Origin: Octopus sinensis
Taxonomy: Eukaryota
Assembly: GCF_006345805.1 (NCBI RefSeq)
Contig: NC_043024.1
Span: 6,324,001-6,388,000 of the forward strand
DNA length: 64,000 nucleotides
Reading direction: 5' to 3'
Shown: positions 51,944 through 63,727 of the stretch, piece after piece
How positions within the stretch are numbered: position 1 is the stretch's first letter
Layout of the letters: the number at the start of each line of letters is the position of its first letter
Notes under the pieces: model-generated
Seen by the model: only the letters and a program-made list of their open reading frames with translations
Databases searched by the model: none
Told to the model about the DNA's origin: nothing
Position numbers and translations under genes: made by a program

Positions 51944-52270
51944 TATTTCAAGTGTTCTCCAAGAATAAAATGAAATACTGGTCAACAAGCTTCTATTAAG
52001 GCTGGGAAATGCTGGCATTTGTAACAGGTTTTACTCACTTAGTTAGCTGACACCAGATAGAAGTAAAGAGATTTATGCCATGACCCTTTAGCATTTAAAC
52101 CAGCTGCATCAGGTCGGAATATTCTACCTGTTTTATGTTCAAACTGTCCAGACCCTGCCTCTTGCACTTACCTTACAATGTCATTCTAAAAGTAAACAAT
52201 GATATTGAACTATTGAAGCCACAAGACAATGCATGATCAATGAAAGAAATGTTAATTAATAAACATTTCA

Positions 52271-53520
52271 TATGCCCTGAGTCAGACATTAAGCTGCATC
52301 TGGTTGTGTTGCTCCAGCTTGGGAGTTCTGGAGTTATGGGCAGCATGGTGTCACCCCTTAATGATTATTACTCACAGGTCTGTTCTGACCTGGAATGGTA
52401 GTAACTTGTAAGGGTCCCATCTATGGGTTAAATAGATTTTTGTAAGGATACATTGAGCTCCTCAGCTGCAATGAATGCAATTAATCTAAGAGAAAGGAAA
52501 ACTCCAAAATTAATACCTATTTCTTTACTACCCACAAGAGGCTAAACACAGAGGAGACAAACAAGGACAGACAAATGGATTAAGTCGATTACATCGACCC
52601 CAGTGTGTAACTGGTACTTAATTTATCGACTCCGAAAGGATGAAAGGCAAACTCGACCTCGGCGGAATTTGAACTCAGGACGTAGCGGCAGACGAAATAC
52701 TGCTAAGCATTTCGTCCGGCGCGCTAACATTTCTGCCAGCTCACCGCTTAAATTAATACCCTCTTCCAGCATGCCCTGAGCCAGGATATAAGAGTGAGGC
52801 TCCTGTTTATGAGTTCTGGATTTGTAGGGAGCATGAAGTGATCCCTTCATTACCATTACTCCCAGCTCCATTCAAACCCGAAATGGCAGTACCTGTCAGG
52901 ATCCCATTGAATAGATTTTTGTAAGGCTAGTTTGCGCTCCTTAGCTGTGGTGAAAGCAGCCTAGGGAAGGAAAACTCCAAAATTAATTCTTGCTTCCAAC
53001 AAGCCCTAAGTTGGCATATAAGAATGAGGCTTCAGGTCTGGAGTTCTGGGAAATATGGAGTAACTCCTTTGTTACCATTACTCCCAGGTCTGTTCAAACC
53101 CAGATTGGTAGCACCTGTTAACACCCCATCTATTATAGGTTGAATATATTTTTGTAAGGGTAGACTGAGCTCCTTAGCTGCCGTGAAAGCAATCAGTCTA
53201 GGAGAAAGAGAACTCCAAGACTAATATCCTCTCCCATCATGCCCAGAGCCAGCATATAAGAGTGAGGCTCCAGTTTGTGAGTTTGGTGAGGGTCCACTTC
53301 AATAGTTCTGGGGTCTGGAGTTTGTGGAATCAGCCCTTCATTACTGTTACTCCCAGGTCCACTCAGACCCAGAATGGTAGTACCAATCAGGATCCCATCT
53401 ATGGGATTGATAGATTTTTGTAAGTGTAGATTGAGCTCGTTAGCTGCAGTGAACGTAATTAATCTAGAAGGAAAACTCCAAAATTAGTACCTTTTTCCAA
53501 CATGCCCTAAGCTAATGAAA
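52271..53520 (+). repeat. Diverged tandem array of ~230-260 bp units (4 full, 1 partial), interrupted once by a SINE
   Basis: Unit starts (C/T)ATGCCC at 52271, 52770, 53000, 53238 and 53501. Each has TTACTC(C)CAG(G)TC.., GGTAG(T)ACC.., CCCAT.., ATAGATTTTTGTAAG, GAGCTCCT(T)AGCTG and GGAAAACTCCAAAATT. Confidence 0.9.
52518..52749 (-). mobile_element. tRNA-derived SINE type B with 11-bp TSD
   Basis: AAATTAATACC at 52507-52517 and 52750-52760. Confidence 0.88.
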
Positions 53521-53958
53521 CTACCACAAGGTATGTCCAATAACATAGATTCACATTATGGAAGCAACTCCCTTCATTCCTGCTAGTGTGCATTCTGCTA
53601 TAGGCAGAGATAGCAGGAAATGACAATGTTATTTGACAGAGTAATCTGAATACTAACTGGTGAAGAAGTTCCATTTTGGTTTTTTGGTTCCTCTAACAGT
53701 TTAGTTCTACTGCCAAAGTATGAGGAAATTTCTTTGTAATTGTTTTAAGTTATCATTAGATAAAAGACTGTTGTTTTTTGCTATTACCATGAGATAACAG
53801 GAATTATCAACAACATCGCTGGAGACTTTGTAAAAATATTTGATAACAAATTATTGTTTGTCTATGCATAGCTCACCAATCTAACCAAAATAACAGAGTG
53901 TGTGTGTGTGTGTGTGTGGTGTGTGTGTGTGTGTATGCATGCATGCATACATAAATAC

Positions 53959-54013
<55 letters not shown>

Positions 54014-54963
54014 CATACATGCATATATATATGTGTATATATAAATACAGTGTAGATTTAAACACATAAGAGGTATCTGCTATAGGATTCCTGGCATGCT
54101 AGAAGGAACAGCCAAAGTCCAAACCACTATTAGGGATAAAACTTCATTCCATTCAAAGTTTTACACTGTATTTACATGAATAATATACAGTCTATTGACT
54201 AATTTTTCTACACGCTAGGCCAGGGTAGGAAAAATTTCTAAAATCTTTATTACCCTGATATTATTAATCATTAAATACGTGCATAAATATATATATATAC
54301 TCGTTTACTCTTACTTGTTTCAGTCATTTGACTGCGGCCATGCTGGGGCACTGCCTTTAGTCAAACAAATCGACCCCAGGACTTATTCTTTGCAAGTCTA
54401 GTACTTATTCTATCGGTCTCTTTTGCCGAACTGCTAAGTACCGCCTGACTGGCCCTCGTGCCGGTGGCATGCAAAAGCACACAATACACTCTTGGAGTGG
54501 TTGGTGTTAGGAAGGGCATCCAGCTGTAGAAAGTCTGCCAGATCAGATTGGAGTCTGGTGTAGCCATATGGTTCACCAGACCTCAGTCAAATCATCCAAC
54601 CCATGCTGGCATGGAAAGCGGACGTTAAACGATGATGATGATGATGATGATTCAAAGAAAAATATTTTTCAAAAAGTTGTGCAAGCGCTTTCAGATCTCA
54701 ACATTGAGATCTGAAAGCGCTTGCACATTTATCAAAGCTCACACACAATTTGTGAAATTCTTTCCTAAAGGTTACTACTATTCATCATCATCATCATCAT
54801 CGTTTAACGTCCGTTTTCCATGCTAGCATGGGTTGGATGATTTGACTGAGGTCTGGGAAGCCATTATAATCTCTAAAGCATTTTTCCTGAATCGTAACTT
54901 TTTGAAAAAAATATTCCTCTAAATATTATAACTGTATCAAGTAATTTCTAAATACTCTGAATA

Positions 54964-55006
<43 letters not shown>

Positions 55007-55009
55007 ATA

Positions 55010-55060
<51 letters not shown>

Positions 55061-55064
<4 letters not shown>

Positions 55065-55283
55065 GTTAATGCAAACAGGAAAACACAAAGAGAAATCACA
55101 ACAACGCGAGGACTGAGCTCTTAATAATACTATTGGACGGAAAAATACCTTAGGAATGAGAACCCAGGTTCGAAATTTCCCCAAGATGTCTGATGAAGGC
55201 TATAGGGTTTTCAACTAAACTGTTGTGTTAAACACAAACAATATGAGGACAAATATCCGTCAAATGTAATAATGTAAATAATC

Positions 55284-55326
<43 letters not shown>

Positions 55327-55546
55327 GTTAATGCAAACAGGAAAACACAAAGAGAAATCACAACAACGCGAGGACTGAGCTCTAATAATACTATTGGACG
55401 GAAAAATACCTTAGGAATGAGAACCCAGGTTCGAAATTTCCCCAAGATGTCTGATGAAGGCTATAGGGTTTATCAACTAAACTGTTGTGTTAACAACAAA
55501 CAATATGAGGACAAATATCCGTCAAATGTAAATAATGTAAATAATC

Positions 55547-55548
<2 letters not shown>
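55061..55548 (+). repeat. Tandem duplication (~260 bp) including a Penelope-like terminal repeat with dead hammerhead
   Basis: 55061-55285 is nearly identical to 55322-55548. Confidence 0.9.
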
Positions 55549-55590
<42 letters not shown>

Positions 55591-55984
55591 TATCTATATA
55601 TACATGTATACACACACACATATATATATTATACTCTCATCCCCATCTATTTATTCTTTCCTTCTTTTCTATGTTGCTTGAAATACACCAACGCATTATG
55701 TATGCATGTATGTCACATGACCACAGGAGCAACCAGGCTACCAAGATGCTACACATCATTGTTTTAGCCTCCAAATGACACCACCCAGCTGGCTAGATGT
55801 GCATTCCTCACAGATCGAAAGAGGGCCTGGAGCAATATGAAATTAAGTATTTTGCTCAAGAACACAATGCACTGCCCAGTCCAGGAAGTTAATCCATGAT
55901 CTAGCAATCGTGAGTGCAACAGCTGAACCAATAGGCCACGCACTTTCACATGCTTGTATGTATGTATGTATTATATATATATAT

Positions 55985-56380
55985 ATATGCAGGAGTGGCT
56001 GTGTGGTAAGTAGCTTGCTAACCAACCATATGGTTCCAGGTTCAGTCCCACTGCATGGCATCATGGGCAAGTGTCTTCTGCTATAGCCTCGAACTGACCA
56101 AAGCCTTGTGAGTGGATTTGGTAGATGGAAACTGAAAGAAGCCTGTCGTATATATGTATGTATATATAAGTGTGTGTGTATATGTTTGTGTGTCTGTGTT
56201 TGTCCCCCTAGCATTGCTTGACAACCGATGCTGGTGTGTTTACATCCCCGTCACTTAGCGGTTCGGCAAAAGAGACCAATAGAATAAGTACTGGGCTTAC
56301 AAAGAATAAGTCCCAGGGTTGATTTGCTCGACTAAAGGCGGTGCTCAAATGACTGAAACAAGTAAAAGAGTAAAAGAGAG
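55985..56380 (+). mobile_element. tRNA-derived SINE type A
   Basis: Homology to 58323-58740, with a small 3' deletion. Confidence 0.85.
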
Positions 56381-56542
56381 TATATATATATTCATTAAAA
56401 ACAATTAAGATTCAAGTGAGTTCCAATGAATTCACATGAATGCGGTACTTAAATTAGATGCACCAGAAATCTATATGGTATTAACCATAAAATAATGTGG
56501 GGTAATTATAAAGAAGAAAAAAGCAACAAGAATGGATTAGTT

Positions 56543-56633
56543 GTTCAGTACAATTGTTTCATACGAAGAACAGCTTTATTAAAAGCTGCAAATATTGCAG
56601 CAAATACAAGTGTCCCGTATTCATCAGCCAAAA
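56543..56633 (-). ncRNA. Type I hammerhead ribozyme with extended helix II (mirror copy)
   Basis: Exact reverse complement of 57085-57175. Confidence 0.7.
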
Positions 56634-57084
56634 CACATATGAGTTTTCCAAACATCCTAGGGGGTGAGGCTACACTCATGAAGTATCGAAGAGAGTTCTA
56701 TGAAAAGCAAATTTAGATTGTAAGCAGACTTCCAAAGTTCTCTAATGATGCACAGTTTTATAAAAGGTTTTAAGAAAGCTTGTTAGCTTCACAGAAAAGG
56801 TAAATCCATCCATAATAGTGTAGGTGTAATTTCCGGAGATATGAGGAGATATTTCATACTCAGAGACGATGAATTTATCCATAATAAATTACACCTACAC
56901 TATTATGGATGGATTTACCTTTTCTGTGAAGCTAACAAGCTTTTTTAAAACCTTTTATAAAACTGTGCATCATTAGAGAACTTTGGAAGTCTGCTTACAA
57001 TCTAACTTTGCTTTTCATAGAACTCTCTTCGATACTTCATGAGTGTAGCCTCACCCCCTAGGATGTTTGGAAAACTCATATGTG

Positions 57085-57175
57085 TTTTGGCTGATGAATA
57101 CGGGACACTTGTATTTGCTGCAATATTTGCAGCTTTTAATAAAGCTGTTCTTCGTATGAAACAATTGTACTGAAC
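57085..57175 (+). ncRNA. Type I hammerhead ribozyme with extended, branched helix II
   Basis: UUUUGG-CUGAUGA(57091-97)-AUACG..55-nt insert-bearing arm..CGUAU-GAAA(57158-61)-CAAUUG-UA^(57169)-CUGAAC. Helix III is the palindrome ACAAUUGU, the site is GUA, and helix I has 5 bp including two G-U pairs. Confidence 0.7.
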
Positions 57176-57731
57176 AACTAATCCATTCTTGTTGCTTTTT
57201 TCTTGTTTATATATATATATATATATATATATATGTTTCTTTATTGGCCATGCAGGGCTGAACACAGAAGGGACAAAATACAAAGTAGAGCTTTTCTTTT
57301 TGGGAAGAAGAAGAGAAGAAAAAAGAAAAAAGAAAGAAAGAGAAAAGAGTGGGTTGAATTCCGATCAAAAGGGATCATGAAAAAGAAAATTGGGGGCCGA
57401 TCAATAGGGATCATGTATCACAGAAATGTCAATGTAAAACAGATTAGGTTTATCCATGGAAAGAAAAGCCTACAGAAAAGACCACAGGTACCTCTCTTCA
57501 GTGTAGCATTTCCAATTATAAAATTTGAAAGTGCCAGGGTTAAATATGCACACGATTGAGCGACAACGTGCAAGAGATATCCAACCAACACTTCCAGAAT
57601 TTACACAGCCGAATGTGAATACATATTTATCCATTGTATAATTTACTCCATGATTAAATACTGCAGTTTTCTGCAGTACTGCACATAACATACACGTGGG
57701 TACAATGTATGACTAGTGCATCCACATTCAG

Positions 57732-57784
<53 letters not shown>

Positions 57785-58270
57785 ACCGGGGTAAACACAT
57801 AAATGTGAAACAAGGTGGAAAAAAGAGTACTCAAATACCAGTGGTAGAGTAATATGCTTTTATATAGAGTAATATACACATAGATATCTACACACACATA
57901 TGCAGACATGCATACACATTCTTCGATTCACACACACACACACATACACATATATATATGTGTGTGTGTGTAGGTAGACATACATACATACATATAAACA
58001 TGCGCATGTATGTGCGTGTGTGTGTGTACATGTGTGAGTGTGTGTAATTTTGTAAAGGGAGGTATGTTTGTATCACACACATATTATATATACACTCATT
58101 ACATATATTCTATATTATATGTACACACATTTCATATATATATGTATATATATATATATACACTCATGGTGACACAAACACAATAATACAATCCCAGATT
58201 TTCAACAATCCAATTAATTCATTGGAATTATGTTACATATATACAGTTATGCATATATATATATATATAC

Positions 58271-58317
<47 letters not shown>

Positions 58318-58322
58318 CATAC

Positions 58323-58740
58323 GGCGCAGGAGTGGCTGTGTGGTAAGTAGCTTGCTAACCAACCTCATGGTTCCGGGTTCAGTCCCACTGCGTGGCACCT
58401 TGGGCAAGTGTCTTCTGCTATAGCCCCAGGCCGACCAATGCCTTGTGAGTGGATTTGGTAGACGGAAACTGAAAGAAGCCTGTCGTATATATATATATAT
58501 ATATATTATATATGTGTGTTTGTGTGTCTGTGTTTGTCCTCCTAGGATTGCTTGACAACCGATGCTGGTGTGTTTACGTCCCTGTCACTTAGCGGTTCGG
58601 CTAAAAGAGACCGATAGAATAAGTACTGGGCTTACAAAGAATAAGTCCCGGGGTCGATTTGTTTGACTAAAGGCGGTGCTCCAGCATGGCCGCAGTCAAA
58701 TGACTGAAACAAGTAAAAGAGTAAAAGAGTAAAGAGAGAG
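58323..58740 (+). mobile_element. Full-length tRNA-derived SINE type A (reference copy)
   Basis: GGCGCAGGAGTGGCTGTGTGG (A-box-like), GGTTCAGTCCC (B-box-like), CCTTGGGCAAGT, internal TA/TG tract, tail GAAACAAGTAAAAGAGTAAAAGAGT. Confidence 0.92.
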
Positions 58741-58748
58741 TAAAGAGT

Positions 58749-58811
<63 letters not shown>

Positions 58812-59176
58812 CATACATATATATATACACACACACACACAGATATATATATATACCCACACCTACCTACTCATAACATTACCTACATATATACATACAC
58901 CTACCTATGCATACACATAGATATCTACACACACATATGCACACATTCATACACATTCTTCGATTCACATTCACACATACATACACATATATGATCGTAA
59001 TCAAATGCACACACACACACACATACACATGCATATATATGTGCATATTTATATATATATATATATGTATGCACATTTGTATACATATATATATATATAT
59101 ATATACATACATCTATATATATATATGTACATACATTCATACATATATATATATATATGCATACATTCATACATAC

Positions 59177-59209
<33 letters not shown>

Positions 59210-59526
59210 TAATATATATATATATATACATAGGCACATGCAAATACATGCATACAGGCATGCATACATGTATATATGTATACAAATATATACATACATG
59301 CATATACATGTCCACATACATGTTCACACATTGAAATGCACAAACATACACACACACACATCACACACACACTCACACATTTACCCAGACATATATACAC
59401 ACATATATACACATACACATGTATACTCAGACATATATACACACATACACATGCATACCCACATATATCTACATGACCACATACACATTCTTCCCTTCTG
59501 CAACACACACACACACACACACGCAT

Positions 59527-59575
<49 letters not shown>

Positions 59576-60110
59576 TACAACATGGATACATACACATACA
59601 TACATGTATACACATGTCCACACATACATACACACACCCATACATACCTGAATGTTCAGTAATTCTTTGAAAAGTATTTTACACTGTTATCCCACCACCA
59701 CCACCACCGCCTCCGTGAACCTCTGACATCCAACCTCTAACTCCCAACAATTCTCACTACCGCCACCTCATTGACCATCATCACCTCTAAAAGCACCACC
59801 ACCACTAGCACCACTACCATCATCACCACCATCACCACCACCACCACCACCACCACCACCAACCGCACCACCACTACCATCATCACCACCACCACTACCA
59901 CCACTACCACCACCACCATCCCCACCACCACCACCACTACCACCACCACCAACACCACCACCACCACCACTACTACCACCAACACTGCCGCCATCATCAC
60001 CACCACCACCATCACCACCACTATCATCACCACCACCACCAACAACACCAACACCACCAACAACAACACCACCACCAATCCCCTGATCTTTACCCAACCC
60101 CACACCACCA
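58740..60110. repeat. (TA)n/(CA)n compound tract followed by (CAC/CAT/CAA)n
   Basis: Directly visible. Confidence 0.95.
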
Positions 60111-60623
60111 TTCCCCCAATATATCCTGCCAAATCACTTTAACAGAATCCAATTTCATATTTTAAACTAACATTGCAACCCAATCCGGCACCTCTGTAAT
60201 TTGAACCCACAAACCGACGGCAATGGTAACATTCTTCTGCCTCTGTCTAGAATTTGGCAGTTTTGCTGTCAGGATTCCTTCCTTTGATATGAGGTTGAAA
60301 GAGGAGGACAGCGATGGGGAGGAGGGGGTAAGGGTTGGTAGCCAAGTGAACTGATCCCCAGTATATAACTGGTATGGTATTTACTCTACCCCTAATTAAA
60401 CCTTTCACTTACAATGCATTGTTTTTAACAAGACAGAGAAAGACAGTGTAAATACAGTAAGTGATGTGTGTGTATGAGAGGCTTCAACACAGTTTCCATC
60501 TACCAAATTCACTCATAAGGCATTGAGCATATGCATATATATATATATTGTACACATTTCATGATGTCCTGTGCCCACATATGTGTGTGTGCATGTGTGT
60601 GTATATATATATATCTAATAATG

Positions 60624-60690
<67 letters not shown>

Positions 60691-60779
60691 TAATATGACA
60701 ACAAAAGAATGAATGAGACCTTGATATTATGTAAAATAGAGGAATTTATCTATAAATATATGAGATGCCGGAGCAGACT

Positions 60780-61090
60780 TCAGCCCAGGTATCCATCTGT
60801 CAAGTCACAACAAGGACCTCTGACAGATAGTATTTTTGGCAATAAGCACACAGATCCAGGTAAAACTGAATTTTGCAACAAATCTAGATTGTAGGGTATT
60901 TCTAAAGTTTCCAGATGTTTCTTCAGGTTGGGTGGTATTGAACCCAATGCTCCGATGACAATAGGGATAATCTTTATGTTTGGCTCTCGTAGCTGCCACA
61001 TCTTGGCGATTTTAGTTCCATCATCATCATCATCATAACATATTTTGTGATTGCTGTATTTCACGATCCACTCCTTGTTGAAGGCCATGT
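60780..61090 (-). pseudogene. R4-clade non-LTR endonuclease C-terminal fragment (second family)
   Basis: IAKMWQLREPNIKIIPIVIGALGSIPPNLKKHLETLEIPYNLDLLQNSVLPGS, parallel to 2043-2282. Confidence 0.8.
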
Positions 61091-61141
61091 TAACCCAGAA
61101 ATTGTTTGTGTATTTCCAGAAACCATATCATATGAGTGTTC

Positions 61142-61175
<34 letters not shown>

Positions 61176-62419
61176 AGAGAATAAAATAAAATAGAAACAA
61201 ATTAAATACTCATTTCAACTAAGCTTGTTTACATCAAATTTAACCAGCAGTGGATCCTCCCACCCCACCCCAACCATTACCACCATGCACATTTATAATT
61301 AGTAAATTGAAAGAAGTAATTAGAATGTTACTACAGGTGGTGGTGGTGGTGGTGGTGGTACTGATGATGATGATGATGATGATGATGACGATGACAAATG
61401 CTGCCACCAACGATGAAGGAGACAGTGCAAGTGGTAGTGGTGGTGGTGGTGGTGGTGGTGGTGGTGGTAGTGATGGTTGTGGTGGCGAAGATTACACGAT
61501 GATAATGGCGATGATGTTGATGATGATAGTGACGACGTTGATGTTAATGTTGGGGGGACAAACAGACACACAAATACACACACACATATATATATGACGG
61601 GCTTCTTTCAGTTTCCATCTACTAAATCCACTCGGCCCAAGGCTGTAGTAGAAGACACTGCCCAAGGTGCCACGTAGTGAGACTGAACCTGGAACTATGT
61701 AGTTGGTAAGCAAGCTACTTACCACACAGCCACTCCTACACCTATGAAAAGTTGCCAACAGACAGCTACAGGACTTGAACCCGTATCCCGCAGATACCAG
61801 GTGGGCACTCTACCATTAAGCTATTTGAAATACTAACTCATAATTACATGCAACATCTGAGACTAATTCATAATCCATCCAAGGCTAAGGATTTTAAAAA
61901 AATATACTTCAACCTAATTAAAGATCTAATAGTCTCAATTTGAAGTTCAAACCTAGGGTCAGGTAGAGTCAACCTCATTGCAGTTTTTATAGCCGTCTCT
62001 GGTTTACATTGTTTGCACTCAACATCTACAGTGACCTACCAATTATAATGCTACAGAGACTTAGTTCACTTCAGACCACATGGGTGGATGGACCTTGAAT
62101 AAAATTGTATAGACAAACTATCAGCCTGATGAAAGAAACTGAGTGCAAATGCAAATGTGAGATGTCTGTGCAGCAGAAATGTGCATCGGTTACATTTAAA
62201 TTAAATAAATGACTGTAGAAAAAAAAATATGCAGATTTACTAATCTCAATGTTTATTGTAATTGTCTTGTATATTTAAATATATATGTACTTGATGCACC
62301 CGATGTGACCCACTGGGTCACAACCACCCCAAGTCAGAAATGTTGATGTATGGCGGGAAAGGAAAAAATACTCTTTTCAAACTTTATGCAATAAAATTCT
62401 TAAATCACAGGTCTCCTCA

Positions 62420-63260
62420 TAAACATGACCAAGTGTTTCTTCTTTGAAAACTTTCAAATGGCCTTCATTTTTTTCCCTCACTTTCTTCTTTGCCATTCTT
62501 TGTTACTACTGTTCCAAGTGAAATACATGGATACTTCAGCATAACGCAATGTTCTCGCAAAGTCACCATTGATGCACAATGAAAAGAATTCTGTCAATGT
62601 TGTTCATTGACAGCCATATATCATCATTATCATTTAACATCCGTTGTTCATGCTGGCATGGGTTGGACAGTTTGGCTGGGTTGGCATGCTAGAAGGCTGC
62701 ACCAGACGCCAGTCTGATTTGGCATGATTTTCTATGGCTGGATACCCTTCCTAATGCCAACCACTCTGAGAGTGTAATGGGTGCATTTACATGCCACCAA
62801 CATGAGTGCCATTTGCATGACACTGAGGTGCGTTTATGTGCCACCAGCATGGGTGCCAATTTGCATGACACTGGTATCTGCCACAACTGTGATTTTGCTT
62901 AGCTTGATGGGTCAATATATCCTCATAATTTCTGAGCAATATTCTTTGTTCATCTGGTAGGTGAACTTACCGTCTCACTATTGCAGGCACTCTTTCATGA
63001 ATTGAAAATCCTAAAATGGATGCAACTGCTTTGGATGGTCCAGTATACCTACCCATTAGATATTGACTAATTTCGTTATCATTGTTTATTTGAACAGCAG
63101 CTTGGTCATTTCTTTTCAGTGTGTACTTGATGACGTGCTTAATTGAATTCACTGAGGCAACGATTTCAACATTGCAGTGGCATTTGAATGTTCTTAAAAG
63201 AGTTTCCTTATAAGGTACAACCCATTTTTTGTTTGTTTTTCCATTCTTATGAGATTCAGC
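62420..63260 (-). pseudogene. Helitron RepHel fragment (Rep region) interrupted by an RTE 3' UTR at 62620-62905
   Basis: KWVVPY..LLRTFKCHCNVEIVASVNSIKHVIKY..NEISQYLMGRY..ILGFSIHERVPAIVR, *VHLPDEQRI, then TTLTEFFSLC..DFARTLRYAEV..FTWN..KEWQRRK..ETLGHVY, in the correct order. Confidence 0.9.
62620..62905 (-). mobile_element. RTE LINE 3' UTR copy inserted in the Helitron remnant
   Basis: CATCATTTAACATCCG..CATGGGTTGGACAG..GGATACCCTTCCTAATGCCAACCACTC homology. Confidence 0.8.
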
Positions 63261-63727
63261 TCCTCCCATTGCAACTGATCTTCGTCTATAAAGAGATAGA
63301 GTCTCTCTCTCTCTCTCTGTTTTTCTGCCTTTTGATTAAGACAATAAAGATTAATATCTCAATTTAAATAAAATAGTAATTTTCCACTTTAAAAGAAGAA
63401 AAAAATCAATTACCCAAGATTCAAAAATATCTTATAAAAATAAAGGGAGAATTTCTATCTTTCAAGTCCATGGCACTCCAAAAGTTGTATAAATGATTAA
63501 GGTAAGAAAAAGAAAGTAACGAAAAAGGACGTTTTCAGGGGTAGCTTTGATGACTCTTTGAAGTGTTGACATTTTCAACTTGTTTTTTTTTAAGGGAGAA
63601 ATGACTATTTTTATCACCTTAATGAAATGTCAGGAAAACAGACAAACTTTGAGTTTAGTATTATGTGTGTGTGTGTGTGTGTGTATGTACATACACACAC
63701 ACACACATACATATATGTGACTTGAGA

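Larger units (their letters stand above)
56514..57204. mobile_element. Fold-back element: 319-bp inverted arms around a 53-bp spacer, each arm carrying a hammerhead (Penelope-like inverted terminal repeat)
   Basis: 56514-56832 is the rc of 56886-57204, with about 2 mismatches seen by eye. Confidence 0.9.

Noticed and set aside
52271-53520. CRISPR-like array, or tandem hammerhead or HDV-like ribozymes in the units
   Set aside because: Eukaryotic context with long diverged units and no short identical repeats with unique spacers. The minus-strand CUGAGGA has no GAAA partner, and GAGCTCCTCAGCT gives only a partial P3/L3 resemblance without P1.1, P4 or J4/2.
56495-57283. Duplicated 73/93-aa ORFs (..SNKNGLVVQYNCFIRRTALLKAANIAANTSVPY..) on opposite strands
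   Set aside because: They are the antisense reading of the hammerhead-bearing arms, and the duplication follows from the inverted repeat.
60617-60780. (TAA)n tract as the tail or target of the R4 fragment at 60780-61090
   Set aside because: Relative to the element's sense strand the tract reads (TTA)n, opposite to the copy at 1951-2450, and a different repeat lies between them.
61763-61826. tRNA gene on the minus strand (A-box TAGCTTAATGGTAGAG, B-box GGTTCAAGTCC)
   Set aside because: D and T arms form, but there is no acceptor stem and the anticodon arm is irregular. It is best seen as a SINE head or tRNA pseudogene.
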